Virus record (IMG/VR): IMGVR_UViG_3300030372_005657
Span: 1 to 30,008 of that record
From: a virus
Taxonomy: Duplodnaviria > Caudoviricetes
DNA: 30,008 nucleotides
Strand: one strand, 5' to 3'
The notes beneath the pieces are model-generated. The model saw only the letters and a program-made list of their open reading frames with translations, was not told the DNA's origin and ran no database searches. Shown here piece after piece: positions 14,901 to 21,314 of the stretch. A program made the position numbers and the translations under genes. Position 1 is the first letter of the stretch; each line of letters opens with the position of its first letter.

Positions 14901-15634
14901 TGCTCAGCTACTCCAAACATGGAATCTGTTGCTTTGACAATCTCTTTGCCAAAAATAGTCAAGTGTTTACAATTTAATCTCTTTGGGCCATCGCCTATAT
15001 CTACAACAATATCGATGGGCATGCTCGGAACAGCCGTGTAAGTCAATAAAGATATAACATTATCACTATGAGCATAATATACTGGATCTGTTATGCCGAT
15101 CGTTTCAAACACACCAGCCAACTGCTCTTGTACATCATCAGTCAAGCAACTATAACGTCGGGCTATTCCTCGTTTTATCTGTAAACGCTTTGCCTCATCG
15201 ATCAAGTCGGCCAGCTCTTCATTCGTCATTGCATTTAAATCACTTCTAAACAATGGTATCTGTTCATCTTGGCTTGGCTCGTCTTCTATCCATTCATCAC
15301 GCAAAGGAGCAGAAGCCTTATAGTTCTTGTGCCATACCAATATTTTTGTAACATTTTGCCCTGTAAAAGATCGTATCTTCTCATTACTGGAAAGCTTGAA
15401 AACATGATACTTTGCCGAGGCAAAACCAATCTTATCTTCTGCAACCAATCTATAAATTACACTGTAAAGAGATCCACCGCTCAAGCCGCATTTTACTCTT
15501 ATATCCGACATTTTATAAACATCATTGTTGTTGAGCTCTAAACAATCCAAGACTTTTTTTGCAGCACTCCTGGATGCTTTGGTTTGCTTGGTTGGATATT
15601 TCTTCTTTAAATCTTCTTTTATTTTTTCGTTCAT
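14897..15634 (-). CDS. Putative DNA-binding protein with N-terminal winged helix
   Basis: 'KVLDCL...MSDIRVKCGLSGGSLYSVIYRLVAEDKI'; start placed at ATG 15634 after AAGGAG. Confidence 0.6.
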   Translation of the reverse strand: MNEKIKEDLKKKYPTKQTKASRSAAKKVLDCLELNNNDVYKMSDIRVKCGLSGGSLYSVIYRLVAEDKIGFASAKYHVFKLSSNEKIRSFTGQNVTKILVWHKNYKASAPLRDEWIEDEPSQDEQIPLFRSDLNAMTNEELADLIDEAKRLQIKRGIARRYSCLTDDVQEQLAGVFETIGITDPVYYAHSDNVISLLTYTAVPSMPIDIVVDIGDGPKRLNCKHLTIFGKEIVKATDSMFGVAEQ

Positions 15635-15647
15635 TTTATTTACTCCT

Positions 15648-15947
15648 TTATGCATACATAAAATAAAGTGATTGGACTTTGACTAAAATGCCGTTCTCAA
15701 GATCAAAGGCAATTCCTTCCTCAATCGTTCCATTAAGCACATCTTCAAGCCCTTCATAGAATTCCACTAAACCAGCCCAATCCCAACAAAGAATATTTCC
15801 ATTATTCCAATCTTTAATAATTTCTTCTGGTTTAAGGTGAAAACCTTTTGAAAGGTGTGCTATCAATATTAATTCATCCTTTTTTTGTTGATTTTCTGTC
15901 GTCTCTAATTTAGACATTATTCTACTCCTTTTTTGTTTACTCTTCAT
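15648..15947 (-). CDS. Hypothetical protein
   Basis: Co-oriented; probable start at 'MSKLE' after AAGGAG. Confidence 0.65.
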   Translation of the reverse strand: MKSKQKRSRIMSKLETTENQQKKDELILIAHLSKGFHLKPEEIIKDWNNGNILCWDWAGLVEFYEGLEDVLNGTIEEGIAFDLENGILVKVQSLYFMYA

Positions 15948-16371
15948 CGAGGTCTATTGTTGGGCCATCTATCAATGGCCGTACATATGTGTTGTATTCT
16001 TGCGTTAATCCCTGGATGCTTATCTCATCCACATCTATTGTCAGTTGAACTGGCGGGGGTCCATTCTTTGAGTATTGTTCTGGAAAACGTCTCTCTAATA
16101 ACCATGCTGCAGCCTGCCATGTGCCATTCTTTGCCTCTTGTTTGATAACAGCCAAAGCAGCAACACAACATATCGCCTCCGCTTTTTTAAACTCGTTAAA
16201 AAATGTTCTATAAATCCCCTTGGTTTGCTCTTCTCCTTTATTCAACCAGTAGAAGAGAGTGGTCCTCGTTACCCCACCAAATTGAGCAGCGAGCTCATAA
16301 GTAGCCCCGCTTTGAATCGCCTGGATAATGCGCTTCTGCACCTCTGCATTCAACTTGCTGCGCCTACCCAT
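15937..16371 (-). CDS. terS: Terminase small subunit (HTH type)
   Basis: 'MGRRSKL...IIQAIQSGATYELAAQFGGVTRTTLFYW' and 'WQAAAWLLERRFP' typical of a TerS family; upstream of terL. Confidence 0.7.
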   Translation of the reverse strand: MGRRSKLNAEVQKRIIQAIQSGATYELAAQFGGVTRTTLFYWLNKGEEQTKGIYRTFFNEFKKAEAICCVAALAVIKQEAKNGTWQAAAWLLERRFPEQYSKNGPPPVQLTIDVDEISIQGLTQEYNTYVRPLIDGPTIDLDEE

Positions 16372-17117
16372 TACACACCTTTTATTGGTATTTTGATGAT
16401 TGGGTTTATATCATAGGTGGTCGCCTTGGTTTGGTTCTTTCTTGCTCCTGAGTCTCTTCTAACAAGCTTTGAACCCCACTTGGCTTGTAACCTTTTAAAC
16501 TGTTCCTTTTCTCTCTGTATAGTGCGATATGATGCACAACCACCAGCATTTGTGTGTTGTTTACAGACATAATGAGCAAAGTTAATCCTTAATATTCTAC
16601 GGTACTTGTTCAGTGCCTGGATACTCAAATCATAATCTTCCTTCAGCGGTAGTGCCTCATCATATCTTGGTTCGAAGTCACCGAAGAAACCACCAAAAGG
16701 CCCGAGCACAACATTGTTCAAGCTAAAAGGTGTGTATTCTCTGTATGCGCCTTTGTCTTGGATTATGTTTATGCCCCAGTATTTAACATCAAAACCATGA
16801 GCCAACGCAAAGCCATGCTCTATCCATTCCTCTATTTCGCAGGATTTTATCTTTTTATATGAGTTTCCATTCCAGAGGCCAATATATGATAGATCATCAT
16901 CAGTAATAACAATTCGATCTGAGTCCGCATTGTCCAATATCCAGTTGCGCACTCTTGATACATTGCCCTGTGCTGAGTCTGGGCAAACCAATACCGGCAG
17001 TTTATTCTTGAGATAGGACTCGGCTTGGCTTTCGCACACCACATATCGCAATGAGCGGATATATTTATGGGTAAAACAACTGTCTGCTCGTTTCCACGAT
17101 GGCGACAAAATAATCAT
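16371..17117 (-). CDS. GREB1-like / TET-associated (TAGT) GT-A glycosyltransferase
   Basis: 'ILSPSWKR', 'RVRNWILD', DxD 'ITDDDL', 'LKEDYDLSIQAL', 'HTNAGGC'. Confidence 0.8.
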   Translation of the reverse strand: MIILSPSWKRADSCFTHKYIRSLRYVVCESQAESYLKNKLPVLVCPDSAQGNVSRVRNWILDNADSDRIVITDDDLSYIGLWNGNSYKKIKSCEIEEWIEHGFALAHGFDVKYWGINIIQDKGAYREYTPFSLNNVVLGPFGGFFGDFEPRYDEALPLKEDYDLSIQALNKYRRILRINFAHYVCKQHTNAGGCASYRTIQREKEQFKRLQAKWGSKLVRRDSGARKNQTKATTYDINPIIKIPIKGV

Positions 17118-17764
17118 TGGTCTGTACCCTTTAAACTGGCATCTGTAATAGATGTCAAATAATCAGCACCACTGAGCACACGTCCAACGCCTTTGCTCCA
17201 TTCTTTGCCGTTTTGCCGCCTACTTGATTTTGTTTCCAAACCGAAATGAGTTTGAGCAGCTAGCCAGTCCATATCATTATCAAACAACAGCACAATATAG
17301 TTGTTTGATTCATCGATATACTCTGAAAACTTGACTTGAGGCAAAACCTCTTCCATAAAATCATCGTCAAGTTCAAATTCATCATCATCAAATTCAAAGC
17401 CCAAACTATCGATGTCTTGCCCATCTTCTCTAAGTTCATCCAGGATGGATTGTAACTTGTCTTCATCCCAATCAGCAATTTCGCCATATTTATTATCCGC
17501 CAATGCCAACATTTTTGCATCTGCTGGGTCAAGATCAAGATAGCGCACTGGTACCTTATCAAGCCCCAACCTTTTTGCCGCTTCCAACCTAGTGTGTCCA
17601 GCAATAACCATTTTATTTTGTGTTCTTGCGATTATAGGTGCACCAAAGCCATAACGCTTAATACTCTCTGCAACAGCTTGTACAGCAGCTCGATTGTGTC
17701 TTGGGTTATCATCCCATGGCACCAAAGCATCGATATCTTCCCAAATAGCAGCCTGTTCTTTCAT
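17114..17764 (-). CDS. ParB/sulfiredoxin N-terminal-domain protein with acidic linker and unknown C-terminal domain
   Basis: 'LVPWDDNPR...SIKRYGFGAPII...VIAGHTRLEAAKRLGLDKVPV...ALADNK'. Confidence 0.88.
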   Translation of the reverse strand: MKEQAAIWEDIDALVPWDDNPRHNRAAVQAVAESIKRYGFGAPIIARTQNKMVIAGHTRLEAAKRLGLDKVPVRYLDLDPADAKMLALADNKYGEIADWDEDKLQSILDELREDGQDIDSLGFEFDDDEFELDDDFMEEVLPQVKFSEYIDESNNYIVLLFDNDMDWLAAQTHFGLETKSSRRQNGKEWSKGVGRVLSGADYLTSITDASLKGTDQ

Positions 17765-17946
17765 TTTATCCCCTTGTTCAAAACTTGCCGTATATATTCA
17801 CTTCTTGTAATTCCATTCTTTTTTGCCTTCTCGTCCAATAAAACCAACATGCTCTTTGGTATCTTTATTGAAATCATCGAGGCTTTGCCTGCTCCTGGAT
17901 AATCACCAGTTCTAAGCCCGCCATGTTTTAGTATTTTACTTTTCAT
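17761..17946 (-). CDS. Ribbon-helix-helix (CopG/Arc-like) DNA-binding protein
   Basis: 'MISIKIPKSMLVLLDEKAKKNGITRSEYIRQVL'. Confidence 0.85.
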   Translation of the reverse strand: MKSKILKHGGLRTGDYPGAGKASMISIKIPKSMLVLLDEKAKKNGITRSEYIRQVLNKGIK

Positions 17947-18088
17947 GCTTACCCTCTTCTAAAATACGATCTATTATGTCCAATAGTGCTGTATGATGCA
18001 CCTTTGCAGCCTCTTTGTTTCCACTTCTGACTGCTTGGTCTAAAGCTCGGGCTATTCTCTTCATTTGATCAATAAGCTCTGTTTTCAT
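17936..18088 (-). CDS. Small hypothetical protein, 50 aa (MKTELIDQMKRIARALDQAV...), not in the ORF track
   Basis: Translated by hand; ATGA overlap with the SWIM gene stop; fills the gap to the RHH gene. Confidence 0.75.
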   Translation of the reverse strand: MKTELIDQMKRIARALDQAVRSGNKEAAKVHHTALLDIIDRILEEGKHEK

Positions 18089-18345
18089 CTTTCACCTTTT
18101 GCCCACATAGCCAGTGCCAATAAATGCTTACATTTTTTGTTAAACCTATATCCATCGCAATCGCATTTGGCGCCAGTATACCGACCAAGCCAGATAGTAC
18201 AATGATACAATTTTGATTTGCCTACGAAAGTCACGAAGTCTTCATGCACAGTACATCTTGCTTCGAGCTCGGTATCACCTTGTTTTTTATAGGTGTGTTT
18301 GGTTTTCAAACGTTCATATATTTTATCAAGTTGCTCTTTATTCAT
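18085..18345 (-). CDS. SWIM zinc-finger protein
   Basis: 'CDCDGYRFNKKCKH' = CxC-x(n)-CxH. Confidence 0.8.
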   Translation of the reverse strand: MNKEQLDKIYERLKTKHTYKKQGDTELEARCTVHEDFVTFVGKSKLYHCTIWLGRYTGAKCDCDGYRFNKKCKHLLALAMWAKGER

Positions 18346-18569
18346 TCCGGCAACTCTGCATTCTCCGCAGCCATCAAATCAATATCATCATCATTTAGCG
18401 ATTTAAAGTAGAAGTCTTCTACACTTTCATCGATGTGTTCTAGTGCGACGATATCTGCACCAGCAGCGAGATAATCATTTATTATGTCGACGAGTTCTTT
18501 GGTATCCTGGATAGAACGAACGTCACGCATGTGAATGTTGTTTACACAAACCAATATAGATATGGTCAT
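18342..18569 (-). CDS. Small acidic hypothetical protein (75 aa)
   Basis: AAGGAG RBS, first gene after promoter P-C. Confidence 0.75.
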   Translation of the reverse strand: MTISILVCVNNIHMRDVRSIQDTKELVDIINDYLAAGADIVALEHIDESVEDFYFKSLNDDDIDLMAAENAELPE

Positions 18570-18599
18570 AAACTACTCCTTGTCTTTGTTGTCTCTTCT

Positions 18600-18628
18600 A
18601 TTATACCAAGGTACTACCTTGAGGTCAA
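18600..18628 (-). promoter_or_regulatory. sigma70 promoter with palindromic operator as spacer (P-C)
   Basis: TTGACC-TCAAGGTAGTACCTTGG(17 bp)-TATAAT, near-consensus. Confidence 0.9.
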
Positions 18629-18630
18629 AC

Positions 18631-18665
18631 AAAAAAGATGGGCCGACATCATAAACATCGGCCCA
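18631..18665 (-). terminator. Rho-independent terminator directly upstream of P-C
   Basis: tgggccga/tcggccca stem followed by TCTTTTTT. Confidence 0.7.
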
Positions 18666-18710
18666 AGAACAACAATATACAAAGAAGCAGAATAGATCTG
18701 CACCTCTATC

Positions 18711-18932
18711 TTATCTTGGCCATCTATTATCCGCAACCATTTGAGCGATATATCGCTGTATGAGCTCTTCTAAACTAACATGCATTTTCTTGGCTATCTG
18801 TTCTGCAAGTTCTCTATGGGTCCCGCCCAAATAGATTTTTATCTTGTCTTTGTTGTCACCTTTTACATCTTCAGTCTTCACTGATTCATTGGCTACAGTA
18901 CGCATGGCCCTATTCTTATATGTTTTTTTCAC
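18711..18932 (-). CDS. Putative second RHH-like DNA-binding protein
   Basis: 'KIKIYLGGTHRELAEQIAKKMHVSLEELIQRYI'; GTG start with GAGG RBS. Confidence 0.6.
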   Translation of the reverse strand: MKKTYKNRAMRTVANESVKTEDVKGDNKDKIKIYLGGTHRELAEQIAKKMHVSLEELIQRYIAQMVADNRWPR

Positions 18933-19029
18933 TTCTACCTCAAAATATGTTATACAAATTTACCTTGTAAAAATCGGGTGATTTTTAATTAGGAGTGGAG
19001 AAGCGCTCGCCAAAACCTTCTCCGCTTCT

Positions 19030-19278
19030 TTATTTTACCTTAATATCTGATAAGACTCTGTCAGCATGTTTTTTCATACGTCGGTTTTTTACCTCAATAT
19101 TTTTTGGTTCTTCTACCAATTTACATGCAGATCGCTGTACCCACTGTTGGCGCACACCTCTAATAGCAAAGTCAAATACCACTAAAACACGGTCGTCATT
19201 ACTCTGTTGTACCGTTCCCAATACTGAACAGCGCATAACTGTCGTCTTGGCGTATACTCTATCACCTAAACCAATCAT
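19030..19278 (-). CDS. Hypothetical protein (SH3/Tudor-like beta-barrel possible)
   Basis: 'GDRVY...GTV....RVLVVFD....QWV' pattern; coupled to the initiator stop. Confidence 0.65.
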   Translation of the reverse strand: MIGLGDRVYAKTTVMRCSVLGTVQQSNDDRVLVVFDFAIRGVRQQWVQRSACKLVEEPKNIEVKNRRMKKHADRVLSDIKVK

Positions 19279-20345
19279 TATTTTCTCCTTGTGTTGATTA
19301 GTAATTTAAAATCTTCCATGACTGCTGAGTCATCATTCATTATTTCCAAATGCAGCTCTTCTGTAAGATGGGCATCCGCCCAACCATGTACAGCAGCAAC
19401 CAAGTCCGGCCATGCTCTATTTTCGGTCCGTAAACTCTTCCATACTTGCTGCACACTGTTTACTGGCTCAAGGGCTATGTCCCTTTGCCGCTCTTGTTCT
19501 TCCTTCTCTCGTTGGGCTCGTTGGCGGATATCTTCCAATAAGGATAAATCCACATCTATATCTGATGCATACTTTTTTAATTCACTTCTACCTATCGGTC
19601 TATCATCCTCGGTTTTCATCCAATTACAAAAATATTCTACCCACTTATACTTTTTGGTACTATTCCAGGGATGGCTCGCTTTCGACATCAAGATGTCCAG
19701 TCTCTTTAAACCTCTGATTAATTGGTTCTCAGTATAATCACTGCACACCTTAATCCAATCAATCTGTAAATCATCGGTTTCCATACAAAACCGTTGTGCA
19801 TGTTTTTTCCAAAGCTCCACAAATAACAGATCAGCAACATTAATATCGCCGTTAGGCCCCCTTATTGTAAAAAGATGTTCCCCTTCCTTAGCAGTTACAG
19901 ACTGCCCCTTCTTATCTATTAAGATTATATCTTCTTTATCTTTTCTTTTAGGTCTTTGTATATCAGATATGATATCTGTTTTGATAACATCTGATATGTC
20001 TGGATATCGATTCTTATCATTTGACATATCATATTTGATATCATCCTTTACTGGTGGACATATAACATTTGATATGTCTTTGATTTTATATCGTCGACTT
20101 TTCCCTTTCTCTTTTCCGGCTCCCACTATCCAACCATTTTTTCGTAGGTCACCAAATGCACGTCTCACGGTTGGCAGCGGCATACCCAACTGTTCGCCTA
20201 TCGTCTCTTGTGATGGCCAAGCGATCGAGTTCTTGCCGCCGTAAACACGGAGCGCAAAATAAACCAATATAGAACTCGCACCAAGCCCCCGCAAACCCTT
20301 AAGATCTGCGAGGCTGATTTTTGTAAAATTCCTATTCTCTTCCAT
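19278..20345 (-). CDS. Replication initiator (N-terminal wHTH, lambda O/DnaD-like organisation)
   Basis: 'LVYFALRVY....AWPSQETIGEQLGM...TVRRAFGDLRKNGWI' followed by a low-complexity linker carrying DNA repeats. Confidence 0.8.
   Translation of the reverse strand: MEENRNFTKISLADLKGLRGLGASSILVYFALRVYGGKNSIAWPSQETIGEQLGMPLPTVRRAFGDLRKNGWIVGAGKEKGKSRRYKIKDISNVICPPVKDDIKYDMSNDKNRYPDISDVIKTDIISDIQRPKRKDKEDIILIDKKGQSVTAKEGEHLFTIRGPNGDINVADLLFVELWKKHAQRFCMETDDLQIDWIKVCSDYTENQLIRGLKRLDILMSKASHPWNSTKKYKWVEYFCNWMKTEDDRPIGRSELKKYASDIDVDLSLLEDIRQRAQREKEEQERQRDIALEPVNSVQQVWKSLRTENRAWPDLVAAVHGWADAHLTEELHLEIMNDDSAVMEDFKLLINTRRK
19912..20075. other. Putative replication origin: iterons plus AT-rich tract inside the initiator gene
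   Basis: ATATC-N6-GATAT-like 16-mers at 19960, 19982, 20004, 20026 and 20060; AT-rich 19912-19950. Confidence 0.65.
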
Positions 20346-20353
20346 TTCTTGTC

Positions 20354-21100
20354 CTAGTGTGCCACAAAGCCAATTACTTTGTACTTTGTTCTATGCTTAT
20401 TACCATTCGCACAAAGCCCACAAGTATTGCATTCAATCTTTTCTCGTGGTGTTACCTTCATACCCTTATTTTCAGCATTCAATGATTGGGTCTGCTCAGG
20501 ACATACAATGCCTTTGTGTCCTCCTGGAGTTGTAAAGGTCTTTTTGCCATTCCAATCCTTAAAAATCGTAGTCGCTCTCCAGCCAGAAGATACGGCCTGA
20601 TCGGTCTCTTTCAACGTTGGACATGATAACATCAACATATTCTGTAAATGCTTTGCATCCCTATTCGCAGTGTAGCCTAGTGGAGATAACTTATATTTTT
20701 TCGCTTCCTTCTTTATCTCTTTTATTTGAGCCATAGACAATGCAGATGCATCGCCAATAGACGACATGCGATAATACTTTGCGCCCCGAGCTGAAAGTCT
20801 AAAGCCCTCTCGCACCGAATAGTCCTCTATTGATTTGCTGCCCTTCTTTAGACTTCTAAAGATTGACTTGGTTGCCCAGCTCACTGTTCCTTTATGTGCA
20901 TAACATGGTTTCAAACCTAGTTTTTTATACTCTCCTGTGCCGCCTAACTTCTCTTGTAGAAGCTTGCATCCTGCACTTATACATGATGATACTATCTGTT
21001 CTGGGTTGCGCCCAATAATGATTGTGGGGATGTCACCAGTCTTTTTATTTCTGGTGCGAGCCTGTACAAGGTACTCCACTGTTTTGAGTAAATCTTTCAT
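20354..21100 (-). CDS. Cys-rich, probably Fe-S/metal-binding phage protein (GP88/DUF7227-like)
   Basis: 'NKKTGDIP', 'SC..GC', 'CYAHKG', 'R.SSIGD', 'GYT', 'VCPEQ', 'CNTCGLC', 'IGFVAH'. Confidence 0.65.
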   Translation of the reverse strand: MKDLLKTVEYLVQARTRNKKTGDIPTIIIGRNPEQIVSSCISAGCKLLQEKLGGTGEYKKLGLKPCYAHKGTVSWATKSIFRSLKKGSKSIEDYSVREGFRLSARGAKYYRMSSIGDASALSMAQIKEIKKEAKKYKLSPLGYTANRDAKHLQNMLMLSCPTLKETDQAVSSGWRATTIFKDWNGKKTFTTPGGHKGIVCPEQTQSLNAENKGMKVTPREKIECNTCGLCANGNKHRTKYKVIGFVAH

Positions 21101-21113
21101 TCGTTCTGTCTCT

Positions 21114-21133
21114 TTGTTGTTGTTGTTGTTGTT
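21114..21133. repeat. (TTG)6 microsatellite = (CAA)n leader upstream of the Cys-rich gene
   Basis: ttgttgttgttgttgttgtt. Confidence 0.85.
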
Positions 21134-21136
21134 ATT

Positions 21137-21159
21137 AAAATGCCCACCTCTGAGTGGGC
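21137..21159 (-). terminator. Weak terminator/attenuator-like hairpin in the leader
   Basis: gcccac/gtgggc stem followed by ATTTT. Confidence 0.45.
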
Positions 21160-21181
21160 TTGGTTGTTGTTCCTTTGTTGA

Positions 21182-21234
21182 CCAAGGTATTACCTTGATA
21201 TAGACAAGCTACAATGCTTCATTTAGCATGTCAA
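21182..21234 (-). promoter_or_regulatory. sigma70 promoter (P-D) with the same palindromic operator just downstream of -10
   Basis: TTGACA-17 bp-TAGCTT, then TCAAGGTAATACCTTGG at 21198-21182. Confidence 0.8.
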
Positions 21235-21247
21235 ATATTTTTTCAAT

Positions 21248-21278
21248 AAAAAAACCGACGCAGATAGAACTGCGTCGG
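21248..21278 (-). terminator. Strong Rho-independent terminator ending the late operon
   Basis: ccgacgcag/ctgcgtcgg 9-bp stem plus T7. Confidence 0.9.
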
Positions 21279-21314
21279 CAAAACCACAAGGAGCCAGGTT
21301 TTTAATGTCTTGGC

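Noticed and set aside
4364-17604. Alternate-frame minus-strand ORFs nested in real genes (4364-4570, 4823-5014, 8167-8361, 9601-9858, 9864-10232, 13579-13839, 16847-17044, 17260-17604)
   Set aside because: Fully overlapped by longer motif-bearing genes; no independent support
17114-17764. ParB protein as a plasmid-prophage partition system
   Set aside because: No ParA, no HTH domain and no parS array; context matches modification-associated ParB/Srx proteins
18996-19027. ggagaag...cttctcc hairpin after the 82-aa ORF
   Set aside because: 13-nt loop and no adjacent U-tract on the coding strand; function unsupported
11160-21198. Palindromic repeats as a CRISPR array or att sites
   Set aside because: Copies are kilobases apart, sit inside promoters, and no cas or integrase gene is present
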